From: Kondoa subrosea
Taxonomy: Eukaryota
Reading direction: 5' to 3'
NCBI GenBank assembly: GCA_039545335.1
Contig: BCIN01000006.1
Coordinates: 682,001-746,000, forward strand
DNA: 64,000 bases
Translations under genes and position numbers: made by a program
Notes under the pieces: generated by a model
Seen by the model: only the letters and a program-made list of their open reading frames with translations
Databases searched by the model: none
What the model was told of the DNA's origin: nothing
Shown: one piece after another, positions 13,880 through 27,633 of the stretch
Layout: every line of letters starts with the position of its first letter
Numbering within the stretch: the first letter of the stretch is position 1

Positions 13880-14697
13880 TTTCACAGCAGTATGCTTGCC
13901 AAAGTTTGCGAGTGTACACCGTAGACAGAGCAAAGCGAGTCCGACACAATGTCGGATAGCGCAGTAGAAAGTCGGACAAAGTAGTCTTCGATTAGAGGCG
14001 CCGCCATATCAAGTTCTTGTGATCGATACTTGATGGGTTTCCATAATTCGTGCTAAAACCTCATTGAGTGCATCGTCAGCACTTGGACGAAATGAACATA
14101 CTGCTCAATTCCAGAACAGCGTGTATCAATAACCTATGGATACAGAGGTATACGTGTGCATATTTCTTGTCCGCCTCAAGACCTCGATGAAACTTGTGAG
14201 AATTAATCGAAACGGAAAGTGGAAACACTCACATCTTTGGGACATAGTCGCCTTTACAACGCTCATAATACAAGGTCTGCGCTTCTATGTAACATGAATA
14301 AATCGGTGATCTTGCTTCTTTGGCTAGACTTCTTCTCCATTTCTCAATAGTTTGCAAATGGTTTCCTTGCTTTGGACTAATCTGTAGCAGGTACTCGAAT
14401 TCTTCCATAGTCTAACATTAACACATCAACGGGTACACAACCAGATGAAGACGCAGAGCAAACCTGCATAGCCTTGACGATTCGCATATCGCATGTAATC
14501 TCTACCTCTTCCACAGTCACACCTTCACCCAAACCATCGACATCCAAGGTATATAGCAGAACAGGAGTTGCAGATCCATCGTAAACAAAGTATGTCTTGA
14601 TCTTGCCAGTGGAAGAAATTGTGAAGGGCAAGCGAGATCTTGCTGAATCCGAGAATGATTGGATATCGGAAGAGCCGCTGAAGGCAGAAGAGTCCAT
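13880..14697 (-). CDS. Hypothetical protein
   Basis: ORF 14377-14697 plus downstream open segments bounded by splice-like sites; no family recognised. Confidence 0.35.
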
Positions 14698-14947
14698 CGC
14701 TGAATGAAGATGAAGGCCAGAAGAGCGGACAGAACAACAGAAATATATAGCAAGGGAGACGGAATCCTAGTCGAAACTGGCTGCTGCTACCCCATAAACA
14801 AGGCAGCACGATACACAGCTAGACCTTAGGGACTGCTGTTGCTGCTAAGCTGCCAAAGGTGCCCTGCTTTGATAGCAAATTGTCAGGTGATCGTTGTGTG
14901 GAAAGAAGAAACGGCCTCTTGTTTTCGAACGATATGCCACGAGCAGG

Positions 14948-17230
14948 ATGATCAGCGCTGCTGCAGCGGATGCTTTGGAGCAAGAGAATGCTGCTCTGAA
15001 GGCTCGAATCACTGAATTGGAGCTGGCCAACAAGAAATTGAAGCGAAAACAAACAAAGCTGAAAGAAGCTCAAGGCAAAAGGTAAGGGCTGGCTCGCAGG
15101 ATAGCAGGACAGCATTTCATTACCTGCATACAGCATCTCTGAAGCTTTGTCAAGTCCTCTGCGCAATGTCCTGTCGCCTTTATCTCCCAATCATCGCTCA
15201 CCGAGTCGATCTCAAGATTCTGTTCTGAAGCAGCAGTACGAAGCTGTTGTGCAAGAACTCAATGCATTGAAAGCGGAACAAGACGCTGAACGTGCTCAAT
15301 GGCGTAAATTCAAGCATTGGTGGAAGAACTACTGCAAGAAGCATGGTATCGTTATTCATACGACTCCTTCAACGGAGCAGCAGCAAGCACCTCCTGTTGT
15401 GAATCCTATACCTGCATCTTCTGCTACGATTTCTGAACCTGCTTCACCTGCTCGTCCGGTTCTGATCGGTGAACCTCTAGCCGATCCTTTAGCAGAGGAC
15501 GAAGAGGATTCTTCTCCGCCGCCAAACAGTGATCGCAAGTATCGGGCCATCTTTGATAGCTCTCATATAACTCCTCGTGCAGAAAATCCTCGAGAAGAGT
15601 CTCCTTCTCCGGGAAGAGTAAATCGCGAAATTCGAATTTTGGTTCCCGAAACTCAATTCTCCTTGATTGCTGCTGGTCCTGCACCACCTCCTATTCGAAA
15701 GCTATCAGTCAAGCAAGATGTCACATCTGTTGCCGCGGGGCATTTACTTGAAGCTGGATCTTCAAGTAAAGCTCTTCCCGCTCAACTCAGCTCAACTAGT
15801 TCAGTACCTGCAAGACTTGCTACTGTGACATCCCATTCACTAGTTGAACCTGTCGCATCCACCTCAGCTGCTTCTCCTGCCCCGTCAAACAGTAGCACTC
15901 CTTCCACAAGCAAGAAACCTTCTTCAATCAACAGATTATCTACGCGATTGACGCCTTCAGGTTGGATTCAAGCAGGCAAAACTTCTCAATCAATCTCAAT
16001 CAAGAAAGAAAGCGAAACCCCTCGTCCAGCTTCATCAATGCTTCGAAAAGCTCTAGGTGTAGACCGAAACAAAGAGAAACCGAGAGATAAAGAATCGGAC
16101 AACCCTTTCTCTGCTACTCCTTCTTCCATCACAAATAACAAGCTCAAATCTTCTTCTTCTGGTAAAAGTCGTATGATTGAACAGGATGATGCTGCTGTAC
16201 CTAGCAAGAAGCAGAAGCGCTCCTCCTCTTCACCTAAACATCCAACAACGTTGAAATCTCCTCCGAAAGCAATCATGTCCAAATACTTACCTTCTTTCCC
16301 TCAATTGGGTAAACCACCTTCACCACCTTTGAATTGGGCTCGGATTTATGCTGAAGTGGAAGAAGAAGAGGAACAACAAAGAAGTGCGAAGAAGTCCAAA
16401 GTCAACAAAGATGACAAGAACAAGACTAAGAAAAGGAAAAGATCTGGTCAAGAAGAAGATGATGAAGGAGGTAAAGGAAAAGGAAAGAAAGTCAAACGAG
16501 AAGAAGCAGACGATGAGTTTGGACTATTGGAAGACAAAGAAGAGAAACACCCACCTTCTGAAGAATATGAAGGACAGAACTTTTTGAGGGAAATCAAGAA
16601 GAAACGCAATGCTGAGATACAAGCTGATCCACTCAAGTACAAAGGTCGAGGCGCTTACGCTCGAGGTTTGCCTGTGTGAGTTGTTAATTTGCTATGAATG
16701 CATTCAAGCTTACACAGAATGATATAGCGAAGGAGAAGAAACGTTCAATTCCAGATTCGCTATTAACCCAGCTATGAACAATGGTCTCGATTTCCAATTT
16801 ACTGAAGTCGTACGGAAGAAGGATGAACGTAAACAGTTACATGCGGTCGACTGTGATTGCTGTCGTGGATTCTACGAAAAGTGCGCTGGAGGTAGCAATG
16901 AGAAAGCAATTGAACAGCACCGCAGCAAAGTTTCTAGACATCGCCATCATTGGGCACCACCTCCTTCGCCTCCGCGTTATTGGTAAGTCCTGTCTTCTAA
17001 ACCTTTCGTGTTCAGCGCTCAAGTATCATTTGATAGGGACATGAACTTCCCTAATACTCAAGCAGTGGCAGACATCAATTCCAAAGCTCGGGCTCAAGCT
17101 GCTGAAAAGCTTTCTCGTGCTGAAGAAGAGGCCAAGTAAGTTGCCTTGAGTGTCTTGAAAGCGGTAGCTGATCAATCACTTTACAAGGAACGGTGGAAGA
17201 TACATTGCAAAGGCCCCGCGAAAGAGTTAG
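14948..17230 (+). CDS. SAE2: Sae2/Ctp1/CtIP DNA end-resection factor
   Basis: N-terminal coiled coil, long disordered middle, C-terminal EVVRKKDERKQL..CDCCRGFY..SRHRHHW..PSPPRYWDMNFP (CxxC and RHR motifs). Confidence 0.9.
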
Positions 17231-17576
17231 ATCAATCCGCACGCTTTGATGAGTCGAACAGTGTCTAAAACTTTGTACCATGTGACGAAATCTAGCTATT
17301 ATGAGATAAGCAATCTCTAGACACACTCTCTGCTTGCAATCGCGTCTCTGTGACCGCTTCGCATACTGCACGCTTTGTTCTCGTAGACCAGCTACTCTTT
17401 CAGTATGCTGAACTGATTCGCTCCCGGCACCAGAGAAAGGTATGCGAACTACTTCCGGACGACACGATGAGTATTCCATGAAGCAAAGGAGGGAGACGTT
17501 CGAGACAGGGTACAGAGCATTGAATGGTAGATAGTCCAGCCTTATCATTTCGTTGCTCTACCTCAGCAAGGGTAAG

Positions 17577-18211
17577 TTACAAATGAGCAATCTTGTCGAT
17601 AGGACTGAAATCGCCCTTCTTGCCATCAATGTAGTTGACGGGCGCATTGATCAGCTCTTGATCCAGGTCGTCCAAGCTTGCGATGTTGAACGAGACAAAG
17701 TCGCCTAAGCCTGGTATCGCTCCATGAATATAGACAAAGATTCCACACTCGCCGCAGAAAGAACTCTTCAAAGTTCCGGTATTGGCGACTGGTAACAGAG
17801 GTCAGCGATCTTGAGGAAGGCTCAGAATAAGAGGTCTTCCGAAAACGCACAAACGTGACTTTTCAGTTTTTCGGAACCTTGAAGGATCTTGATGATAGAA
17901 GGATCAGCTGCGTGATAATTCCAAAACCTTCTTTTGCAGCAACTCTGTATTCAACTAGAGTCAGCCTGAGAAACTGGTTACGTAATAACACCGGCAAACA
18001 GTACAGTTACACTTGGTTGTGCCTTCGCGCAATAGTCAGTATAGGATAGCCTGCATTCGCGTGAAATCAAGGCTTACCGTGCTCGAGGTCTACTTTGCCC
18101 TCGAATTTTACTGGGTTTTCCTTACACAGGCAGCTTCCATGATAAGCTAGCCAGTATCTCAGCTTTACATCCTGACTAGCAGTAGCACGACTCACTCTTG
18201 ATATTTGGCAT
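17577..18211 (-). CDS. GFA/Mss4-like (CENP-V family) zinc-binding protein
   Basis: YHGSCLC at the N-terminus, SSFCGECG, SFNIASLDD...YIDGK. Confidence 0.82.
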
Positions 18212-18608
18212 GCTTGATCAAGAACAAGAGTCTTAAGGGCAACTTGATGACAGAGCTTGAAGCTCGATTACACTGTCTTCGTGAAGTGGCTTGAGTAGCA
18301 GGTCCTATCGCCCCTCTTTATGTGTCTCGCTGTAGACTGCTCTGCGTTTCTTTCCATCGTAGATGCTTGGACCTTCCTGTTGACGAACTTGCCGAGATGA
18401 CTCTATCAAATGTAATGTCTCTGCCTAGAAACCTCGCTTCCTTTCTGTGTGCGTCTCAAGCGGTACCAGTTCACTGAATACGGTGTTCAGTCAATCATGG
18501 TTTGGGCGGTGAATGTTTGGCGGTGAAATGGCTTTCGTGTCCTATATGTTTTGAGAGTCTCTCTTGTCTACATCTGTCATAGGAACTTACTCTTCAATTC
18601 GTCACACA

Positions 18609-20156
18609 ATGAACTTCTTCAAGCCTGACACAGAGTCGTCCGATATGACTCCAAAAGCTACGCCAAATTCGCTTGAACAGTCTCTAGGCTTGCCAAAGGA
18701 CGGCTTACGAATCAAGGGGTCCGTCTAGACTCTTCTTTGATAGCGCTTAAACTGATAGCTCGGTCGTCAGTATGGCTATAGGATTCTATCCTCCATATGG
18801 AACTGCTGGTGCTCGCGAAATCAATACTCATTTGCCCAGGCCTATTTCTATTGTCAGTCTATCATCTCAGCACATCTCAATACAGCTAATCAGTAGACAG
18901 ATTGGCGATTTCGTGCAAATCTCGCCAGAAGATATGAGCTTCCAGCAAATTATTGACCATCTTCCCGACCTCACTTCACAGCTCAACAAACCTGTTTACT
19001 GTCCCTCGGTCATGCCTGTTGGTGGATTAGAAGTCTTTGACGAAGCGGCCGCTGTCAGCGTTGCTCAGCAAATGAAAGCGCTCAATGACAAAGGGATCAC
19101 TGTTTGGTTAAAGTAGATCCAATACTATTGTCGTACTGTTGTCGATACTCATTCTTTGAATAGATTTGCTCATGTGATGAAGTCAATCTTTTAGAAAGCC
19201 TTGAATATATCTAATTCTGGGTACAGTTTGGACCTTTTCGAATACTGTCGCCAGGTCTGCTATTGATTGACTGTATGATAAATTGTTCTAATTCTCAGTA
19301 GCCCGAACTTTACATCACAAAATGGAGGCTGTTGGCGGCCACAATTCGGCAGCTTTGTGTCGGCACCGAAGCAAAGACTTATATGTGTGAGGCGTTCGCC
19401 AGAGCTAAGCTTAAGCTGCACTGATACCATATGAAAATCGTAGGCTGGTCTCCAAATGGTTCGTCTGTCTTTCTAGGCTTGAATGATCTTCTCAAACCCC
19501 CGCAAATCAGTTCACGATAAAGCAGATGGGCCTGAAGGATATAAGCCTTACTTTCCTGTGCGATGTTTAAGGCTGCAAATGCATATTTATGCTGACCTGT
19601 ATCTATAGGGTGCCGATTTCGTCGATAGTTAGCAGCCAGTCTGCTACTTTGCAGGCATGGCCAATACATTTCCTTAGTTGTCGGTCTATCTCTATTTCAG
19701 CGTCCTATAAAGAACATTGTCGCCAAGTCAACCCACTTCGCTGATACCTTTCGCGAGTTCTATTAACTCTATGCCGACAAACATGGTCTCGATATCGTAT
19801 TGACTGAAACGGGCGAACCTTACCTAATGGAAATCGGCTCGCATGTTCCCCTTCCTGGTGATGCGACGGAGATTGATATGAAGGTAGACCTAACCGAATT
19901 GCACTGTATCTTGCCCTGACTCGCTTCATAGCTGTCTTGGATCAAGCAGATTGTCGGATCTGCATCCCAATTTCCCAAGGTCAGAGGCTTGATATGGTTT
20001 GAATATGATAAAGAAGAGGATGGAGGATACAGAGACACTAGGTCAGGGCGATCGAAAGCTGGCAGAGCTATACTGAACAGATATCTTAGATTAATCCTCG
20101 GCAAAGAAGAAGTCAGAGACGCAGCCATCAATTATTTCAAGAGATATTGTGACTGA
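18609..20156 (+). pseudogene. Glycoside hydrolase family 26-like pseudogene
   Basis: VWL.FAHVMN (canonical RFAHEMN), YMCWSPN, VLTETG, LIWFEYDK; in-frame TAA at 19774-19776 and a frameshift near 19822. Confidence 0.75.
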
Positions 20157-20246
20157 ATGATAAAGAAGCATAGAATAATATTGCAAAAATGCAAACGAAT
20201 GACGAATTGTATCACGTAAATACTGAATTTATACCAATCTTCTTCT

Positions 20247-20270
20247 TCTGCCATGGTGCACCATGGCAGA
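20247..20270. repeat. Perfect 24-bp palindrome TCTGCCATGGTGCACCATGGCAGA
   Basis: Identical to its own reverse complement; sits at the edge of duplicated block A. Confidence 0.95.
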
Positions 20271-20283
20271 GTCCTCTATCCAA

Positions 20284-20807
20284 TCAATATACCACACAAC
20301 AGAAAAATATACAAGCCGCAACCAAAATGAACCAACATTGCTTCCTATACCATGCAGCAGAAGCCAGAGTCTTCTCCATCTCTTTCAACTCTTGAGAACC
20401 TTCGACAGAAGACGCGGAGAGTTGAGCTGCCAGACATCGACAGTCTATGATGGATTTGCTGTATAGAAGGAGGTTGAGTAGCAGACAATCAATGACGATC
20501 TGCTTGGAGAAAGTGGCTTCCTCTTTCGTTGCAAGATGGTTGAAAAGGAAGAGCTGAAAGACTTGTAGGAAAATAATGATATTATTCTGCAAAAAGTATT
20601 GTTGTTCAGGTGAATATTGCTCAATGACTAATGAACTTACCAGCTTGTTTTCTCTTTCTATTCCTCTTTGTAAGACATCTATCGCAGAGCTTTCCTCGGA
20701 TTCGATGTTGACCAAACTATCACCAAAATCAGAGACCATTTGCATGAACTGAGAATTAACACTTACGATTGCTTTTCACATTGATCTTTTCCCTCCATTG
20801 TACTCAT
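20284..20807 (-). CDS. Small orphan membrane protein, copy A (~140 aa)
   Basis: Two introns; MSTMEGKDQCEKQSLVNIES...IIIFLQVFQLFLF...WFILVAACIFFCCVVY; reading frame conserved in copy B. Confidence 0.7.
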
Positions 20808-21081
20808 ACTTTGAAGACAAGATATGTCTGGGCAGCAAGAGTTCAAGAGATTGCTGGCAGGAGAGCTTATCAGTGAAGATTGCAACGAGAATTGAGCCAA
20901 AGCAAGACACAAGGTAGTAGAGCTTATATACGTTGCATGAAACGATAGCTTTGTTTGGACTGCATTATTATTCTTTCTGTTTTGTTCAAGAATGTGATCC
21001 GCTCAGCTGGAATGGAAACTTGACCGACGATCGATCGCATGACGGATTGATTGTGACGCATAACATTGCTGGCAGCGTATG

Positions 21082-22731
21082 CTATTTGATACTTCTAGAT
21101 TCGTGATTCTGCGGAGAAGAGTGATTATGCATGGTTCCTTGTTGTTTCCGATGCTGAGCTCTTTGTTTCCCTCGATGTGCTCGGCTGCGCTCGTGTTCGC
21201 TTCGAAGTGATTCTTGGACCATGAAAGGACGAACAGCTGATTCACTACATATTGGACAAATGTATTTTTGCAGATCTTTCGCCTCGAATGTGCTAGCACG
21301 AAGTGTAAGCTTCAAAACCCAGATCAGACTTTATCAACTCACTCAGTCAGTAGAGTGGAAGCTGCTTCGCAAATCAAAAGCGGATCAGGCATGAGCTGCT
21401 TCCCTTTCCAGTCTATAACACACCAGTAACAGATCAATGCATGTCGCGCTTCGTTACAAATACTGACTGAGCGTGATCTGTTTCGCTCTTTCTTCTACTT
21501 CTTGTGCCCAGTCCTCTAATTTGCTTGCGTCCAGAACATAAAGGGAGACACTTTCATCTTTCCTTGCTTTGTCTGTGAACTTTGTGCGGAACCAAGCGAC
21601 CTGTCTTTTAGCATATTGCTTTGTATGTAGCTTCATGAGATCTGTCGCTGCTTTGTGCGATATATGGCCTTGCAAGTGCTCGACGAAAGGTTTGTAGCCG
21701 ATTGATTGCTTGATCCCACGCGAGAAGTCGATCTCGCCCTCTTGAATAGAGTAGAGTTGCTTGATCTCATCCAGAAGTCCTTCCTAAATTATTTCTTCAG
21801 CTTGCCTCTTGTACGAAATAAGCCAGCTCACCTCGAGCATCTTATCCACTCTGGCATCCAATCTCTTCTCCAAAGCTTCTCGCTCAGCATAAAGCCAATA
21901 GACCAATACTCTCCATCTGCAACCTTCTTCTTCTTCTTGCTCTTCAAGATCCTTTCCATGGGTTTGCAAATATATTTCCAAATGTCTTCTCACTTTTCGA
22001 ATATCTCGCCAATGCCATTTCGCAGCATCCATCTCGCTCAAAGTGTTGAAAATACTCCATAATCCCCATGCTAGACGTTCTGCATCTCTGTATTGCTCTG
22101 GAAGTAGGTCCACTGGGAAAAGAGGTGGAAATTGATTAGGTGAATTCACCGAAGGTAGAGTTGGAAGAAGATGAACAAGAGCTTGATCTACAGATGATAA
22201 AGTAGAGACTTGTTTCGAGACAGAGTCAGAGTACGTAATGGCTTCTGCTGAGTCAGACGAAGATGTAGAAGGAAACAGAAGATGCTGAGTATAATAGGCT
22301 GTGCCGCCTACGAGTATCGGCGTCTGGTTCATAGCATGTAGTTCATCTATCTAGTGATATTGAGAAGCCGAAACAGACAAGACAGATCGCAAGCTGACTT
22401 CTTTCATTGCATCTCGCTTGAAATCCAAGACCTGATACTCTTCGCTTGGATCTAAGAAAGACATCAATCGATGAGGAATCCCTTTCTTCTCCTCTTCAGT
22501 CACTTTGGCAGTCAAAATAGGCAAAGCCCTATAAACTTGCATAGAATCGGTGTTGATGACTTCAGATTTGGATGATCCGCCCAAAGCATGAGCCAGAGAG
22601 ATGGCCAGATTCGATTTCCCTACTCCTGTTGTACCTAGAATGACAATCACATCTTGCTTAGAAGCAGGTTCAGTAGACATGTTGGTCGAAAGGCAGCGTC
22701 GAAGGGGAATCAAAGTCTGGTATAATCGCAT
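21082..22731 (-). CDS. MOD5: tRNA dimethylallyltransferase (tRNA-IPT, MiaA/Mod5), copy A
   Basis: GTTGVGKS P-loop, INTDSMQVY, PILVGGTAYY, RLDARVDKM, QSIGYKPF, TKQYAKRQ, C-terminal Zn finger CPIC...HERSRAH; 4 canonical introns. Confidence 0.95.
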
Positions 22732-23022
22732 GCCATTGCGCTTAATCCACACTTGTGCTGGTATCTAGCAAGCCTTGGTATCTGTGGATCGAAGTAGCTA
22801 CTAGTAACTTCGCTGGTGAGGATTAAGCTGACGAATTATATGCATTAAGATGTGTCAAAGATGATTGGAAAGCAGAGAGCAGGTCAAGTCGATGAGGTGT
22901 GCGATTCTTGAATCCCGCCTAAGTTATCTTGTAGATAGCGGAGTCGATTTTTGCAATTTCATAAGTTCATAAGATGTGTTACGAAGTTTCAAAACACAAG
23001 CTATTACAAGCTACTCATAAGG

Positions 23023-23630
23023 CTATCCCGCCTGAGTACGATTCTCCTCGGATTTCTCTTCCTTCTCTTCGTCCGTTGCGTTCTTCTGCCGCCCAAACAA
23101 TCTTCCAATGCGCGACGCCATCGAGACATGTTCCTTCTCAATACCAACGTTCCCAGCTCCGATTTCAGCTTCCAGATTTCCCAACCCAGGTTCTCGAAAA
23201 CCATTTTGATCTTGAGTTGCATACCTTGGCAAAGCGCCAATACGAGGTTCAACATTTGCTGGTTCTACAGCCGCAACAGTCGCAATGACTTTTTGACGAC
23301 GGCCTGGACCAATAAAATAGTAGCCGACCATAAGAATGACGAATAAGGAAGTGCAAGCTAGCAAGACCCATGTTGAATTGTATTCAGCGTTCTTTGCCGC
23401 CTGGAGGGCTGCAGCTTGACTTGCATTTGCTAGTACAACTGAGGCTGAAAAACCTGCATAAAGCAACCGCGACAGAGTCAGAAGTTGATACCAAAATATC
23501 GGCAAAGGGATAACTAACTCGGTAAGAATGCGGTAGCACTCCCATCTGCAGCAGCTCTTGAATAAGAAGAGATCAGATCTTGTACTTGCGCAATGTCTGT
23601 AGGTTCGAAAGCGAGAGTATTTGCGGTCAT
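23023..23630 (-). CDS. Hypothetical single-pass membrane protein
   Basis: MTANTLAFEP..., one intron, transmembrane segment WVLLACTSLFVILMVGYYFIG, LPRY motif in the tail. Confidence 0.5.
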
Positions 23631-24087
23631 TGCGCTGCAGCTGAGTTTCCAGATGTGGGATGAAGAGAAGAAATAGAGCGAGAGCGAGAAGATAAGCACT
23701 GTTGTGCAGACCAGCAAGCCAAAACAAAATAACGAAATACATCCGTCGGTCGAGAACCACATTTCGAGTCTGATGAGCGTAAAGCGAGCGCACCAGTTCG
23801 AAACAGAACTAAGGACGAGATTACGCAATGATACAAGTGAAAGCCGAAGAGCCTTCGTTGGAGTTCACTATGAAAAGCATCGGAAGTAATGCAGAACTCG
23901 AAGACCATAGCAGACAACCGTTTCCAGGCCATGAGCATTGATTGGCAGTCTAGCTGCAGCACACGCTGCTGTAGCACGCTTTTAGAAACAGGCTGTGTCG
24001 CGGTTTCATAATAAGCAGGGCGTGTGTTGAAATTGGACAGCGATATCCTGGCTTGGGCTTCTGCTAGGCGTATACCCAAGGCTCTAG

Positions 24088-27000
24088 ATGGACTTCCTAC
24101 GCTACGCAGCATCGTACGCCTGATTCATGTCCAGCTCTTCATCAAATGCTCATCTCAATAGTAGAGCTGCTCAAGCTGCCTTGGCTACTGGCTCTGGTAT
24201 TCCTAACCTTCCCAACTTTGGCTTGGGCGACAGAGTTCAAGATTTCGATGGTCTTACCATCTGGAGTCTCTTCGAAGGAACAAAACGAGTGCGTTTGTGC
24301 TCGCAAGTTATCAATGAATCCAAAGGCTGACTGGACGCTTCATAGGATGACAACTCAGCTGTCTCTATCTTCGTCTGTAGGCTCTCCATGGGTAGCGCTT
24401 TGAGAGCTGTTCTGAGCGAATTATAGTCGACAGCAATGCGGCTTCTTCATCAAGAACAGATCGCAAGTCACTTCTACCTCTGGCTCGCAATGCTCTTCGA
24501 AAACTACGCGCTCTGAGGCATCCAGATATCCTCAAATACATCGACGGCACTGACACGGATTCAGCTGTCTATATCATTACCGAGAAAATAGTTCCTTTGA
24601 CTTCGAGGATCGGTCGAGAAGGAGATATCAAATCCAATTCTGCGTCAGCACAGGAAGCCGGGACAGGCGATGAATGGAGAGTCTGGGGTTTGAGCAAGAT
24701 CGTCAATGCTTTAGGCTTCATCAACGACAGCGGAACTTCGACGCATGGTAATCTTAGAGTCAGCAGTGTCTTTGTTACTCCTAGCGGAGAATGGCGGTTA
24801 GGTGGCTTCGATATACTTAGCTCTGCCAAAGATTCTTCTCCTGTTATCTATGTGAGCAGTCCATTCAAATATACAACTCTGCTGATGTTACAGATAGACA
24901 CACGCTGGCTTATTACCTGAGTCATCCAAGTATGCACCACCAGAAGTACGGAAAACAGGCTATGATGTACTCAAGAAGTAAGCTATTGTTCAAAAGATCT
25001 GCTTGATTCGATTACTTATCGTCTCTAGTCTCGAACCACATGCTATGGATTCCTATCTTCTCCTTCTCTTCCTTCACATCCTCTTCAATGGTCCAGTCAC
25101 TCCTTTGATATCATCTTCAGGCGAACCGCCCAATACTCGCGGATCCATACCAACCAGTATCTACCCATCAGCTAGACGTCTCTTTTCACACAACCCAAAC
25201 ACCCGTCTCAAGCCTTCTCTCTTCAATACAGTAGGCAACGAAGATGGCGGATTCTTCCGGACGAATAGATTGGTTGTTTTAGCGGAAGGATTGGCTAATT
25301 TCGCTCTGGCCGGAGAAGGTGATCGAGCTGCTTTGATCAAATCCATCAAAGATAGTGTCGAGGGAAAAAACAAGTTACCTGCTGAGTTTTTGAAGTGGAA
25401 AGTTTTACCTGAATTAGTGAAAGCTTTCGAATTCGGTCCGGGTTCGTTATGCTTTCTAAAAGTCTGGTTGCTATAGCTGAGTAAAGAACAGGAGGACCAC
25501 AACTACTTCCGCTCATTTTATCCCTCGGCGAATCAGGCGGTTTATCAAGTGAAGAATATGACAAGCATGTTTCTCAACCGGTTGTTAGAATGTTTGCTTC
25601 ACCTGATAGGGCAATGCGAATGGCTTTGCTGGATGGACTGCCGCTTATTATAACCAAGTTGGACAACAGAACAGTGTCTGAAAAGCTTTGGCCGCAATTG
25701 GTACGCAGGCAGGATTTTACCATGGGAATGAAGCTGATCTAAGATACAGCTTACCGGTTTTGGAGATATAGTACCTGTGATTAGAGAAGCGACGGTAAAG
25801 AGCGTCTTGATGCTTGCACCGAAGGTGAGCTCCTTCTTTGTGTACATCGATTCCAGCTTCTTGATCAATTTTGTGATAGCTCACGGACCGGATTCTCAAC
25901 AATGACCTGCTACGACATCTCGCAAAAACTCAAACAGATGTCGAGCCAGGCATTCGAACAAATACCTGTATCCTGCTCGGTCGCTTATCGAAACATCTCT
26001 CCGCAAACACCAATTCCAAAGTGCTTATCCCTGCTTTCAGTCGAGCATTGAGGGATCCTTTCGTACATGCAAGAATGGCAGGCTTAATGGCGCTCATGGC
26101 TACTGTCGAGCAATTCAACAAGGAGGATTTGGCTGGCAGGATTATCCCTTGCATGGCTCATACGCTTGTCGATAAAGAGAAAGTGGTTCGAGATCAAGCA
26201 TTCAAAGCAATAGATATGTTTGTCAAACGAGCAGAGAATATGGCTGCAAGCATGGTAAGTTGCTGACATACCCAATGAGGTTGAAGGAGATTAATGAAAT
26301 CCAACAGCCTGAAACTGTGCAGCCTCCTACTCCTGCTTCGAATGGTCTGTCTACCAATCTGTCGGCTCAAGGCGGTAAAAGCGCTGCAGCTGATTCTGCA
26401 CCCGGTCTGGCGACGAATGCAGCAGGTGCTGCTGGAGCGCTGGCAGGCTGGGCGTTTACTTCTTTTGCCAAGAGAGTAAGGTACACTTATCATTCGAATA
26501 TAGAATGGCTAATGTACGTTCATTTCAGCTCGCAGCTTCAGATTTGCAGACCGGTATTGGCGACACTCCTTCAGGCGGAGCAACCACTCCTCGTCGCGAC
26601 TCTGCACCTGTCCCATCTGCTCAATCTGTACCCACACCATCTCGAAGCAATTCTATAGCTCCTTCCGCATCTCTAGATCAGCTGAGCAATGCGGGCGATT
26701 GGGGAGGAGATTTGATGGACGTGAACGCGGCCGACGTGGATGACTGGGACTCTTTCGAGGTCGCCGCGCCTGCGAAAGAACCCGAACCAGCGCCTAAGCT
26801 GTCGACGATTTCTCCAAAATCGAAGAAAGTGGTTTCCGCCAAAGTACCTCCGCTCTCAAGTAGACCTCCAGCTTCAGTCAAGAAACCGATGCCTAGTATC
26901 ATGAACACAACGAATAATGCTTTGAAGCTCGGCAATTCTGGTAAGACCAAGGAAAATCCTGTTCTAGCAGCTTTAGGTATGGTCTACCTTGTCTATGCCA

Positions 27001-27517
27001 TCGCATCTGTTGACGAATCGCGATAGAAGCGGAAGCGAACGACGGAGCTGACGATGCATGGGATCTTGACGGAGACGAGATTCAGGTTAATGACCCACCT
27101 TCGGTTCCAACCAATTTCAGCTCTGGTCACTGGAACGATCCACCTGTCACTCACTTCCAATCAAACAAGCCAAAAACGGCTGTCAAGCCACGCACCGTCA
27201 GGCCGGTAATATCAGCGCAGGAAGAAGACTCGTGGGGTCTTTTTGACGAAGCTTCTGCAAAAGAGGAGCAGAGCTGGAGCGCTGAGCAGCCAACATGGAC
27301 AGCCCCGGTAGCTAAGAAAGGACCTCAATCCAAGATGGACCAGATGCGCGAGGAGAGGAAAGCCGTGAGTTTTTTCACGCTGCGTCTGGAGTTTATTCTG
27401 AAGTCTTGCTAGCGTGTTGCTGCCCTTAAGACCCAGAGGCAACCTGTATCGACGCCTCCGCCTGCGTCTTCGAGAGATAGTACCATTAACACAGCGCCTG
27501 CGGGAAGGAAATACTAG
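24088..27517 (+). CDS. CEX1: SCY1-family pseudokinase with HEAT repeats (Cex1/SCYL1-like)
   Basis: MDFLR start, LARNALRKLRALRHPDILKY, HGNLRVSSVFVTPSGEWRLGGFD, D.EPGIRTNTCILLG, FSRALRDPFVHAR, AGWAF. Confidence 0.9.
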
Positions 27518-27633
27518 GCAGCAACATATCGTTTGGAACCCCGTAATAATACATGCATTTGATACACAACAATTCGTATCACTTTATCACATCTTTGCCA
27601 ACAGCTGAACCCAGAAAAATTCTTCCCTTCAAT

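Larger units (their letters stand above)
20270..22770 (-). repeat. Inverted segmental duplication, copy A (partner at ~51710-54220)
   Basis: Reverse complement is collinear with 51710-54220 across exons, introns and intergenic DNA, with scattered substitutions. Confidence 0.95.

Noticed and set aside
2169..19776. Two in-frame TAA codons in conserved frames, suggesting stop-codon reassignment
   Set aside because: TAA ends several intact genes here (aspartic protease, GFA, bL27m, DUF288 protein), and the GH26 gene has other independent lesions.
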